Below are positions 12,335-26,414 of a stretch of 64,000 nt of DNA, in pieces. The stretch lies in NCBI RefSeq assembly GCF_036321535.1, contig NC_087447.1, positions 48,176,001-48,240,000 of the forward strand, given 5' to 3'. The position numbers and the translations under genes are program-made. Source of the stretch: Camelus dromedarius (taxonomy: Eukaryota). Under the pieces are notes generated by a model. It was not told the origin of the DNA and made no database searches. It saw only the letters and a list, made by a program, of their open reading frames with translations. Position 1 is the stretch's first letter, and every line of letters starts with the position of its first letter.

Positions 12335-13452
12335 AACATACAGACACAAACAGAGAGCTTTCATTTAAAACTTTAAGCCATGAGATGGGTATGATAATGT
12401 AAAACTCACTAGCTTAAAAAGGAGCATTTTGAATAAGTTGTTTACCTGCTCAGATGGCTAAAATTTTTCTACTGTTTTTGAAGAATACACAGATTTACAT
12501 TTGTCCTTGACAAGTAATCTTGTGGAAGCTGTTTGCTAGATTTTGGGCAAAAGAGCTTCTATAGCAGTTTGTATTGTAAAAAGTTTCTCCCCACCCCCTC
12601 CTGTTAAAATTACTTCCCCTGAAGCTTACATTTCAAGGTGATGGTCTAGATAAGAAAATAAGTTTCCAGAGCAGATCAGATAGAACATTTACATCTCAAA
12701 GGCGTGGGGGGGGGGAAGGCAAGTTCCTCCAAGGACTTTTGTTCCCTAAGGCCAGAATTTTTACCATACCTACAGGCCTTTTGAGATGAATAAACAAGGT
12801 TAATTGTTAAGAAGGGTATGTGGACACTGAATTGTTTCTGAAGCCAAACTTCTGGTTTTGCAAAGATCTGTAAGATAAGGACAGTTACTTTTAGTTCCTC
12901 AAGGAATTGGGTTGCAACTTAAATGACATCATACGTTGATCCACCCATCCAATCACATTAACTTCAATTTGCTTTTTTTATATCAGGGAGAAGAAATCCA
13001 GCTAAAATAAAAATCAAAACATTTCTGTTTTGGATTTAGAGCTGTCTGTCTTTGAAATGTTTAAGTAAATCCTTCCTCAAAGGCTTTAGGCTCTTCTTTA
13101 CCTTTGGGTACATAGTTTTACTTTACCTTAGGGAAGAAGGCCTAAAAATATTCTCTTAAACATCTTGTTAGTTTCTAGCCAGAACAAACAGTAAATATTT
13201 CTGACAGTACTGAACAAACCCCTCCTTGGATGTGTAAGAGTGGTCCCTAAGGAGGGTACAAAAGATGTTAACTTCCCAAGATCCAGTCACTCTGAAAAAT
13301 AGCCAAAAGAGAGAACTGACAGCCTGCATGTCCCAGGCAATCAGAAAGCCAAACCAAATTCTTAGGATTCAAAACAAAATAAGCAAGAAGGCAATAGCTA
13401 TCCCTGGGAAAGAAAGGATCATAACAAATGGTTCTGAATTTGGAAAGGAAGG

Positions 13453-14017
13453 TGTAAGGCCAACTGATGTCTTTCAAAGTCCAACGACCCCTTATTCCTG
13501 GGCTCTCAGATATCTGCCAGTAATTCCTCAAAAGATAAAGAACATTCTTTACTGGGCATGTTTGCCCTAACAAACTAATAGCCTTAGGTAACGCCTAATC
13601 TCACAATAGCTCAGGCTGATTTGTTTCAGCCCACCTTATCAGTCAAACGCCACCACCCTTTACAAACCCTAAGCTTCTTACCTCACCTACAACCAATCAG
13701 AGGATTGTACACAAGCTGATCAGGCATCTTGTGACCTTCCTTATAAAAGACCCCAACAACCAGCCCTTGGTGCTCACACAGGCACCTCTTGCCTGTGTGG
13801 CCCACTGTTGCCTAAAGCAGTGAAACTGTTAAACTTTTCCCTTGTTTTTTCCCAGGGCACTCACACAGGCACCTCTCGTCTGTGTGGCCCGCTGTTGTCT
13901 ATGGTAGTGTACCCCTAATAAACCCCTTTACTATTCTCCTCCTTCATCTCTGGTAAATTCTTTTACCAACTCGCATCACTGGCTTACCAACTGGCTGCCA
14001 TATTGTGTCCCACAACA
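13453..14017 (+). mobile_element. Solo LTR
   Basis: TG...CA termini, 5-bp TSD GAAGG (13448/14018), CCAAT 13693, TATAAAA 13742, AATAAA ~13917. Confidence 0.85.
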
Positions 14018-14594
14018 GAAGGGACAATGTAAAATTTTATTTTCCTCTCTCAGTTAGGCACCACAGATAGAGAGTAGGGAGAAATGATCTGGTAAGACTT
14101 CTCACCCTTTGCTGGCTTCTGCCAGTTTTCCCAGGAGCCCCTCTGTAGGCTCTGGTATCAACCAATATTTGGCAAGGTTCCTCATTAATTTTAATTTTAG
14201 TTTCCCATTGGTTGTTTAAGGGAATACTGTATAAGTTTATCAGAAAATCCCTCATAGTCTTGTTAACTCTGGAAGGGGCCCATATGGGGGCCCTCCTTCA
14301 AGGGTAGATATGGGGCCTTCAATAAGGCCACTAGCTTGGCAGACTTTTGTATACAGACTTGTAGTCTCTTCAGAGTGGAAGGACAATTCAGACTGAGGAC
14401 TAGTAGAACGAGTACTCAAATAGAGGGGAGTAGTAGGAGTCAGAATAGTTTTTTTTTAAGGTACATTTGTGTCTTTAATTTTTCACTAGCCTTTACAACA
14501 AATCTTTCAATGAAGTTATTTTGGAATTTTGAAGCCTTTTGGGAGTTTCTGCATACCAATTAAAATAGGTATCCCATTCTGTTTGATTTGGGAG

Positions 14595-15039
14595 TGTAGA
14601 CAAAGAATGCCACCTGCCTTACCAGCAAACAAAGAATGTTCCAGTTCCAGCCAACAAGCCTTCAGCCACTGCAACCGCCCCCAAGGGTACATCCTGAGGG
14701 GATGCAGGATGGGAAAGACCGGGATACTGGCCCTAGATAGTTAAGGTGCATATCAAAGGAATGATTTCAATGATCCCAGACTCTTGCATCTTCCTGTACA
14801 TAGAAAAATGCTAAATTCATTAACCTGAGATATCTGGTTTTCTTAAACAGTAATCTTTTGATGTTTTGACTACCTGGTTTTTGTTGCAAAAGCTCTGATA
14901 TATCCTGGCTCCTACATTACTTCTTCAGAGCAATCCCTCAGTTATCTGAGAAGCTGTCTTCTGGGTATAAGCCCTCAGAAAGTCTGCTGAATAAAACACA
15001 CTTCTCAACTTTTAGGTTGTGCGTATTTTTCAGTTGACA
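14595..15039 (+). mobile_element. Solo LTR (ERV1-like)
   Basis: TGTAGACA...TTGACA termini, near-TSD ggag/gcag, AATAAA 14990. Confidence 0.78.
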
Positions 15040-15480
15040 GCAGCCCTTGCTTTCAAGTGCACTTCTTAAAAGATCTTATTTCATGGGAACGTTCTTCATA
15101 ATGGACATTGTAATTCTAAGTTGTTTTCAGTAAGATTTTGCCATTTTTGTAGCTATCGATGGCTTCTGGAACCACAGTTCTTAGACATAAAATAAGCAAG
15201 TGTGCTGGAAGGTGGTGCTCTCAACACTTTGGAATTTAAGGATCGCATTTTTATAATTAATTAATTAGCTAAGATTTTGGGTCTCTCAGAACCAAACTAA
15301 TACCTAAAAGGGATGTGCGGCTGAGTTGGGAGTTGTGCGATGTTTTACAACGTACTTCGTCGCATGGAAATTTTCTTGAGGTTGTTGGCAGGTGACCTAG
15401 TGTCAATCTAATCTGTTCTGTGACCAGCTTATCCTAACAAGGGAGTCTTCGGGTTAGGTGGCAAGTGCTCTAGCAGCCTT

Positions 15481-16658
15481 TTTTTTCCCTTTCCTTTTCT
15501 GGTTTACATTTATTTATTTACTTTTTTGGAGTGTTTTTAAAAAAATCTTTTTATTGAAGTATAGTTGATTTACAATGTTAGTTTCAGTTGTACAGCAAAA
15601 GTGATTCAGTTATACATATACATAAATATATATTTTTTCTTTTCAGATTCTTTTCCATTATATGTTATTACAAGAACTTGAATATAGTTCCTTGTGCTAT
15701 ATAGCAGAAACTTGTTGTTTATCTATTTTATATATAGTAATATGTGTCTGTTAATCCCTAACCCCTAATTTATCCCTCCCTGCCCTTTCCTCTTTGGTAA
15801 CCATAGTTTTTCTATGTCTGTTAAGTCTGTTTTTGGTTTGTAAATAGAATTTGTATCATTTTTTTTAAGATTTCACATATAAGTGGTATGATATGATACT
15901 TGTCTTTCTGTCTGACTTACTTCACTCAATATGATGGTCTCTAGGTCCATCCATGTTGCTGCGAATGGCATTATTTCATTATTTTGTTATGGCTGAGTAA
16001 TATTCCATTGTATATTTATATCACAACTTCTTTATCTAGTCTTCTGTCGATGGGCATTTAGTCTTGGCTATTGTGAATAATGCTGCTATGAACATTGGGG
16101 TACATGTGTCTTTTCAAATTAGTTTTCTCCAGATATATGCCTAGGAATGGGATTGCTGAGTCATATGATGAGTCTATTTTCAGTTTTTTAAGGAACCTCC
16201 ATACAGTCCTCCATAGTGGCTGCACCAATTTACATTCCCACCAACAATGTAAGAAGGTTCCCTTTTCTCCACATTCTCTCCAGCATTTATTATTTGTAGA
16301 CTTTTTAATGATGACTATTCTGGTTTGTGTAAGGTGATACCTCACTGTAGTTTTGGCTCACATTTCTCTAATAATTAGCAATATTGAGCATCTTTTCATG
16401 TGCCTTATTGGCCATCAGGATGCCTTCTTTGGAGAAATGTCTATTTAGGTCTTCTGCCCATTTTTTTTTATTGAATTGCTTGTTTTTTTTGATATTGAGC
16501 TGTATGAGCTGTTTGTATATTTTGGAAATTAGTCCCTTGTCAGTCACATCATTTGCAAATATTGCCTCCCATTCTGTAGGTTGTCTTTTTGTTTGTTTAT
16601 GGTTTCCTTTGCTCTGCAAAAGCTTTTAAGTTTAATTAGGTCCCCTTTGTTTATTTTT
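15481..16658 (-). mobile_element. 5'-truncated L1
   Basis: ORF2 C-terminal peptides (MRYHLT...[36 protein letters not shown]), T-rich tail, TSD tctagcagc(c/t)ttt at 15469 and 16659. Confidence 0.92.
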
Positions 16659-17245
16659 TCTAGCAGCTTTTAAATGTTCAACCCATGCCCACCAATTTTG
16701 TGGCTGCTTCCAAGATTTTCATTAGCAATAGCCTTTACCTACACAGAACACAATGGATTCAGTCCAGTTTAAGCCCAGACCCAGTCTGGTCTTTAAGTCA
16801 GACCCAGTCTGAGCTCAGCCAGTAACCACCAACAGTTCCCAATGTCGAATCTGGGGATTGGGGAAAGGATTGAACCAAGAGACTCCCCAAAAATGGGGAC
16901 TGTGGACTGATTCCAAAGAAATGGGGAATTACAGTTGCTACAAGCAGTTCAGAGTGTGAAATCTGAGGAAGGATTCCAAATAAATAGGTAACTGCAGACC
17001 AAACCACCAGGTGTTCCCAACATGGAATCTGGGGATAGAACCAAGTGCTGGGGTTTTCCACTCAAAATGGGGAAATGTGGAAAGCCAATAAGATCAGGAA
17101 CTTGATGCAAAGAGAACAGAGCTCAGAACTGAGAGGAACTTACCCATAACCTTCGGAAACAGCAAGAAAGACAGAACTCAAAAGGGTTCGTGGTTATAAT
17201 GCCTGTGTTTCTCATTGTCCCCAAATCCATCAAAAGTCTCATTTG

Positions 17246-17263
17246 GTCCTACCACTGCCACCA
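17246..17263 (-). promoter_or_regulatory. Retroviral primer-binding site, tRNA-Leu type
   Basis: Minus strand reads TGGTGGCAGTGGTAGGAC, 4 nt after the LTR end. Close to the complement of the tRNA-Leu 3' end (TGGTGGCAGCGGTGGGAT). Confidence 0.78.
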
Positions 17264-17267
17264 AATC

Positions 17268-17657
17268 TGTTAAAAAAAAAACAAAATTCAACTCAGTAAA
17301 TTTGAAGATCTAATTGGTTTTATTCAATGATTCGTGAATCGGGCAGCATCCCACCTAGCAGATCGAAAGGACCTCCAAGGGGCTGCAAAAATTGAAGGCT
17401 TTTATAGGTAGCAGGGGATGGGAAAAGGAAGTGTCTAGTAAAGAATGGATGGTTTTAGGCAAGGTGACCTTCCTATGGAGGACGGATGGGTAGATTACCT
17501 CACTACTGCTGACCAGGTAATTCCAGGTCAAGTGGTTAAATGTCACATTTCAAGGAGAGGCTGAAACTGCAATTATGTGAGGTACTAAGTCTTGGTTTGC
17601 TGGCAAGGGGCTTAGCACAGGTGACTCCTTTTTGGGTCTGTTGTTTCTTTTTTAACA
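17268..17657 (-). mobile_element. 5' LTR of the ERV1 provirus (MER57/MER4-group-like)
   Basis: TGTTAAAAAAG...TTAACA termini, adjacent to the primer-binding site. Minus-strand AATAAA at ~17318-17323. Confidence 0.78.
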
Positions 17658-19093
17658 TGTGAGAAGAGAAAAATGATTTAAAGGTGGAATTCTTAATCAA
17701 AGGGGAAGCAGAAATTTAAAATTGAAAAATTCTCAGTCTATCCATACTGAAAGAAATAAGGAAGCTTATTTGCGAGTGAATACAAAGTGTGTGGCAGGAT
17801 TTGATAAGACTGATGCGGATCTACCATTCCAACAGTTACCATTCCAACAGAAGCCAAGAGTTCTTCAAGACAATGGGGAGATTGGTTGGTTACCTAAAAG
17901 AAGACAGGACTTACTGCCAAGGCAATAGAAGAATGACCCTGAAGGCACTCCTATCACAGTCCCAAACTGAAAGGGTATGTGATACAGAACGATTTCAAAG
18001 GAAGGGCTTCTGCTGCCTGGCACTCACTCATATCACAGGTTGTTTCCCCTAAATTCTGGCACCCAGCACCTTAGCTGCTCCATGTAGTGCAGGCCATGGT
18101 AGCAGCCCTTTCAAAGGGCACAGGTGGTAAACCTTGGCAGTGTCCACAGCACCAGGCATGGCTACATCCACCTAGATTTCCAAAGGATGGACCCTCCTGG
18201 AGCCTCAGGTATGCAACCCAGACAGAGGGCCACTTTCGGGTATAGCAGGGAGCTGCCACCAGGGCAATGCCCAGCAGAGCTATAGGGGTGGGGCTACCCT
18301 CAAATCTCCAAAGTGGTAGAGCCACTGGCATGAGAATCCACCTCCACAGTCAAAGGCACAGGACTCCCAACTTATGAGAACTGGAGTTGGGGCAGCCAGT
18401 TAGGTCAAAATATAGGTCACTGCCCCACTGTGCCTTAAAGTTTTGGATTTGCTTGGGACCTGTTACCCTTTTTTTTTTCCTTCCTATTTCTCCATTTTGG
18501 AATAGGAACGCCTATCCTATGCCTGTCCCAACATTGTATTCTGGAAACACATAACTTGGTTGACTTCATGTGTTCACAGCTAGAGACTAATTGCCACAAG
18601 CTGAATCTACCCTTAGTCTCATCCATATAAAAAATTAATTAACAGAAACTTCAAACAAAATATAGTCAGGAGACCAAAAGAGGGAGCTCTCACACCCTGT
18701 GATGATAACAGAGCCCAAGAGGAAAGACTTGTTTTATTTCTTGGCAAGGACTCAGCCAATAAAAAGCCATGGACTCTTTGTTTACCACAGCTCTCCCAAC
18801 TTTTCCCCTCTATAAAAGCATTCTCCTTCCCTTGCCATGCAGGGGCTTGCACATGGAATAGCTGCAAACCCCAAACTGCACTTCTCTGCTGATTCTGAAT
18901 AAACCCATTTTTGTTGGAGAAATAATTGGCAATCTATTTGTTTTAGGTCAACACCCATATATAATTTAGATAAGACTTTGGACTTAGACTTTTGAGTTGA
19001 CACTAGAACAGGTTTGGACTTTTAGGGTTATTGGATGGAATAATGTATTTTGCAAGTGAGAAGAACATGAATTTTGGGTGGCCAGGGGCAGAA
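17658..19093 (+). mobile_element. MaLR (MLT1A-type) internal sequence
   Basis: Resembles recalled MLT/MST-int sequence. Ends in the purine-rich ccaggggcagaa immediately before the 3' LTR. Confidence 0.72.
18626..18953 (+). mobile_element. Solo LTR inserted in the MaLR internal region
   Basis: CCAAT ~18757, TATAAAA 18811, AATAAA 18898, ends CAACA, near-TSD tcca/ccca. Confidence 0.7.
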
Positions 19094-19454
19094 TACTATG
19101 ATCTGAATGTTTGTGTCTTGCCCCTCAAACTCATATACAAATCCTACAAAAGGTAATGGTGTTAGTTGGTAGGGCTTTGGGAAGTGCTTACATCATGAGG
19201 GTGGAGCCCTCATGAATGGGATTAATGCCTTTATAAATGAGGCTCCAGAGAGGTCCCTCACCCCTTTTACCATGTAAGGACACAGCAAAAAGGCACTGGC
19301 AATGAACCAGGAAGAGGATACTTACCAGATGACCATGCTGGTGCCTTGATCTTGAACGTCCCAGTCTCCAGAACTGTAAGCAATAAATTTTCAATGGTCT
19401 GTAAGTTGCCCAGTCTATGGTAATTTGTTATAGCAGCCTGAACAGACTAAGACA
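19094..19454 (+). mobile_element. MLT1A0-like 3' LTR
   Basis: 361 bp with diagnostic catgagggtggagccctcatgaatgggatta and the terminus tagcagcctgaacagactaagaca. Confidence 0.88.
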
Positions 19455-20778
19455 AAAGACATCCTGTGTTCATGTATTGGAAGACTTAATATTAAGATAA
19501 CAAACTATCTAAAGTGATCAGAACAGTTACAGGACTCAAACTTCCAGACTTCAAAACTTACTACAAAGCTACAGTAATGAAAACAGTATGTACTGGCATA
19601 AGGACAGACACATAGACAAGTGGAACAGAACAAATAATTCAGAAATAAATCCTCATATATATGCTCAATTGATTTCCAATAAGAGTGCAAAGACCATTCA
19701 ATGAGGAAAGGACAGTCTTCAACCAATGTTGCTAAAAAAAGAATCCATATGCAAAAGAATGAACTTGGACTCTTACCTTATGCCATATACAAAATTAACT
19801 CAAAATGGATCAAAGACCTAACTTTAAGAGCTAAAACTGTAAACCTGTTACAATAAAACATAAGACCCTCATAACATTGGATTTGGCAATGATTTCTTCG
19901 ATATGACACCAAAAACATTAGCAAAAAAAGAAAAAGATAATTAGACTTGATTAAAATTTAAAACTTTTGTGCATCAAAGGGTACTACTAAGAGAGTGAAA
20001 AGACAACCCACAGAATGGGAAGAAATATTTGTAAATCCATATATCTTATCAAATAATCTCTAGACTATATGAAGAACTCCTATAACTGAACAACAAAAAA
20101 AACCCCAATTTAAAAATGGTTAAAGGGGTTGAATAGATATTTCTCCAAAGAAGATATTCAAATGGCCAGCAAGCAAGAGGTTCAAAATCATTAGTCATTC
20201 GGGAAACGTAGATCAAAACCACAATGAGATAGATACCATCACACACCCACTAGGATGTTTATTATTTAAAAACCAGAACATAAAAAGTGTTGATGAGGAT
20301 GTGAAGAAACTGGAACCCTCATGCATTGCTGGTAAGAATGTAAACTGGTGCAGTTGCTGTGGAAAACAGTTTGGCATTTCTTCAAAACATCAAACAGAAT
20401 TATCACATGCAATTCCACTCCAAGGTTATATACTAAAAATAACTGAAAACTATTCAGGTACTGGTACACTAATGTTCATAGCAGCATTATTTAAAATAAT
20501 GAAAAGATAGAAAAACATGTGTCCATCAACAGATGAATGAGTTAAGTGAAATATTGTATATACGTACTATGTAATATTATTCAGCCACAAGAAGGAATGG
20601 AATTCTGATAGATATTACAACATGGATGAACACTGAAAACATCATGCAGACACAGAAGAACAAATATTATATGATTCGACTTATAAGTGGTACCTAGAAT
20701 AGGCAAATTCATAGAGACAGAAAGCAGAATAGAGGTTACCAGGGACTGGGGAAAGGGAGCAATTGAGGGCTACTATTC
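19455..20778 (+). mobile_element. Continuation of the L1 broken at 8230 (ORF2 C-terminus and 3' UTR)
   Basis: aaagacatcctgtgttcatg continues aataaatgaaaag at 8230. Typical L1 3' motifs follow. Confidence 0.88.
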
Positions 20779-20779
20779 A

Positions 20780-21405
20780 GAATAGTTTGCATTTCCTAGA
20801 ATTTTATGTAAATGAAACCATAAAATACAGACTTTACTTTTTGTCCAACTTTTTTCACTAAGGACAATTTTCTGAGATTCATCTGTTGCTGTGGCTATCA
20901 ACAGTTTATTCTGCTTTAATGCATAGTATTCCATAGTAAGCATGTACCTTAACTTGTTTATATATTCACCTTTTGATGGACATTTGGGTTATTTCCAAAT
21001 TCTTGGCTAATACAAGTAAAATGGCTACGAACATTTGTGTGCAAGTCTTTGTATAGACACATGCTTTCATTTCTTGTGGGTAAATACTTAGGTGTAGAGT
21101 GGCTATTTTATATAAGTGTTTAAGTCTAACTTAAAGAAACTTCCAAACTGTTTTTCCACAACCTCATATAGCTATGTATGAGTTCCAGCTGCTCATCTTC
21201 ACCTACAGTTGGTACTGTCAATCTTTTAAATTTTAGCCTTTTTAATACATGTGTAGTGGTATCTCCTTGTGGTTATAATTTGCACTTTTCTAATGACTAA
21301 TGATGTCAAACATTTTTCATGTCTTTTTTCTATCAAGTTATGAGTTCTTCATATATTCTGAATACTGGTCCTTCATCAAGCATCTGATATACAAGTATTT
21401 TTTCA
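20780..21405 (-). mobile_element. Old L1 3' fragment, antisense
   Basis: Motifs gatggacatttgggttatttcc and gtgtagtggtatctc. Confidence 0.75.
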
Positions 21406-21760
21406 GCCTGAGGCCTGTTTTTGTTCAGATCCTTGCAGGCTGCTTTACTGAGAACCTCAGTTCCTCACTGGCTGGAGGCTGCCTTCAGCTCCTTGCTACT
21501 GGGCCTCTCCATAGGCAGCTCACAACATGGCAGACTGCTGTGGAGAAGCAAATGAGAAGAGTCAGATTGTGTGAATAAGACAGAAGTCAGTCTTTCATAG
21601 TCTAACCTTCAGAGCGACATCACTTTTGCTGTACTCTACTCCTTAGAAGCAACTCACCAGGGGCAGCCTATATTCAAAGGAAAAGGATCATGCAAAGGTA
21701 TGAATACCAGGAGGCAGATACCATTTCAGAAAGCATTCAGAAGATATGCAGGTGCCTATC
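21406..21760 (-). mobile_element. Old MLT1-type LTR fragment
   Basis: Motifs cctcagttcctc, gggcctctccataggcagctcacaacatggcag and tgaataccaggaggc. Confidence 0.6.
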
Positions 21761-22599
21761 ATAAACATCTTCAAAATTCTTTGTTTTCAGTACTTTAATT
21801 CTTCTGATTTTTATCTTCCTGGAATTTTTGTGTTGCTATGTATACTATTCTCCTCTTAGTATTTACTTTTCCATTTCTTTGCTTTCTAATAAAAGAGTTC
21901 CTCAATGTAATGTTCCCACTAATCAGTGGAATCCAGTGTATTTATCTCACCTGTGTTTTTAATTTCAACTATTATATTTTTTCACTTAATAGTTATATTT
22001 GATTTTATGAATCTTGTTCCATATTGCTAGTATCTTATCTCTTTAATATTTATCATGCCACCTTTAAATTACTGGTTGTCTTTTCAAGCATTTCTGCTTC
22101 ATATGATACTCACTTTTTCTTTTGAGGCTGTTTTCAGGTATCCAACTACCTGGCCTGAGTCCAAATTCTCCTTGGGTATGGGCTGTAAGTCTGGGGAGGT
22201 ATACTGGGCAAGGGTCGAAGACCAGAACATCAAGTGTTTAAGGTGGTGAAGGGACAAACCTTGCAACAGATTCTAGAACCACAAGACCACATGTAATTGC
22301 TCCCATTATCACCCCACTAAACCAAACTTTATTTCAGGGCCTTACCTTTAAACCTCGTTCAGAAAGCAGCAGCTCTTCAGGAGGCAGTCTCCCTAGATTA
22401 TAGTCCATTGAGTGATGTTTTGAAAGGGTAAAAAATGAGTATAAGGCTTAAGGCAGGGAGATCATTCTCCACCTATTTTCATCAACTCATTACTTATCAG
22501 GGATTTTATACTGCCCTGACATTACCCCTGTGGATACCTGCACCTGTAGTCTGGACTGTGGCCTCCATTTCTATAGTAAGGGGGACAGCTGTGGTTTGC

Positions 22600-22790
22600 C
22601 GTAAGGGTGAGCCCTCTGTAAAGGACCAGATCGTAAATATTTGGGGTCTTTGGGCCCAAATATCATCTGTTACGGTTATTCAACTTTGCCTTTGTAGTGA
22701 GAAGGATGGCTGAGTTCTAGCAAAACTTAACTTAAAAATAAGAAGCAGGCTGGATTTGGTGGAAGGATAGTTTGCCACCCCTGTTCCAAG
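22600..22790 (+). mobile_element. MER58-like hAT DNA transposon fragment
   Basis: ctgtaaaggaccagatcgtaaatattt...tagtttgccacccctg resembles recalled MER58A. Confidence 0.6.
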
Positions 22791-23069
22791 ACAAAGGTGG
22801 GGTTACAAATGGGGAGGCATAAACAGAACTTAAACTGCTTTTCTTAACACATCCTATTATTGCCTCCACCAATGGCTCTATCTTTCAAGTTGTAGCCACT
22901 CTCCCTCACCCTCAACAATTGAAGAGTCTTCTGACTCTTGAGAGGTTTCTCAGATTTGTTGTTGGTTTGTTATTTTTCTGAATTCCATGTTCCCTTTATA
23001 GTTCTAAGGAGGAAGTAGGTAACACATGCTAACTCACTACTTTGGCAGGAATGGGAAACCAAGTCAATA

Positions 23070-25358
<2,289 letters not shown>

Positions 25359-26347
25359 CTGAAATAAAAGTTAAGGAGCTATAACTGGGAAAGTACAATT
25401 CCAATTCTGTTGAATACCAACAACTCTGGTAAGCACCCCCTTCCATTCCTTTTTGGCTTCAGAGCTTACACAGCTACTATTTTCTATATAGTCAGCTCAC
25501 CATATGAGCTACTTATATGGAATAAACTTGCTTATATCTACTATATGCAGTAAGGTTCAGAACAAGGTTAATTCTTAATCATGGGAATCTATCCTAAAGA
25601 AATTATTCTATAGGATCAAGAAACCATATAAAGATGACATTCCTTATGGAATCACCTAAAATAAAAATCTGAAAATAGCCTCCAAGAGAGTTCCAATAAT
25701 AGGGAGAGAATTTAATAAATGATGTGGTCTCAACTCTATAGAACACATTATGCTATTAAAATAAAGGTTTAGAAAACATAAAACATTAAAAGTGGGAAGA
25801 GCTGAATACAAAGTGCTACGAATGCTATAGCTTAACAAAAACGTCTGGATATGGAAAAACACTAGAAGGTAAATATAAGACAAACAATGAAAATATCAAA
25901 ATATAAAATTATTTAAAATAACTAATATTACATGTGCTTCATTATGTCCCATTTCTGAAAGCAGAGGCCACAGAAAGCAGAAAGCTCCAATGCTAGAAAA
26001 AGCAGAGGAAGAAAATATGATATACACTGTGGGGAAAAAGCCCAGAGCCAAGGGGAGTCAAAATTAAGAAGTAGGAAGCTGGGATTCTAAGAGTTTCCTG
26101 TTCATTAAAAATCAAGCAAGCAAACAAACACAAAGCCTCTCACTGATTAACTGGAGTGAGCAGCAGGCTGCCAAGAGTGTACTTGGATAATAGGATCTCA
26201 TTTGCTATAGAAAAACTCCAAGCTTCTTTGTTCTGAAACTATCAACTCTTGGCTGCAAAAGGCAATGGCACAATATTCCTAAGCCAACCAAGTGGGACTC
26301 TAAAGACGTGTTAATAATAAAATTTTCTGATGAAACAAAAAAGATAC
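25359..26347 (-). other. RAB6A: RAB6A intron 7, probable U12-type (GT-AG) intron
   Basis: Donor GTATCTTTT. Branch site TCCTTAAC (25370-25377) ends 11 nt before the exon. Confidence 0.8.
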
Positions 26348-26414
26348 TGTCTTCTCTGCTTCTGTCCTGTGTGCTTTCCATTCCAGGTAGAGCTGCTGCA
26401 ACACGTCGGAAGAG
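26348..26414 (-). CDS. RAB6A: RAB6A exon 7
   Basis: cacag|CTC...GAC A|gtatct. 67 nt, [22 protein letters not shown]. Confidence 0.97.

Larger units (their letters stand above)
8300..17267 (-). mobile_element. Decayed ERV1 (gammaretrovirus-like) internal region, interrupted by several insertions
   Basis: Primer-binding site next to the LTR, protease-like LVDTRA (14148-14165) and integrase GPY/F-like KGLYQVLLTSQMASKLQGLETWLHISQLKR (8491-8580). All are on - and in retroviral order. Confidence 0.8.

Noticed and set aside
13773..13900. Spaced palindromic direct repeats resembling a CRISPR array
   Set aside because: Only two units, inside a mammalian LTR, with no cas genes.
20770..20790. L1 orientation flip as a twin-priming inversion
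   Set aside because: Both arms are 3'-end fragments meeting tail to tail with overlapping consensus regions, which fits two independent insertions better.
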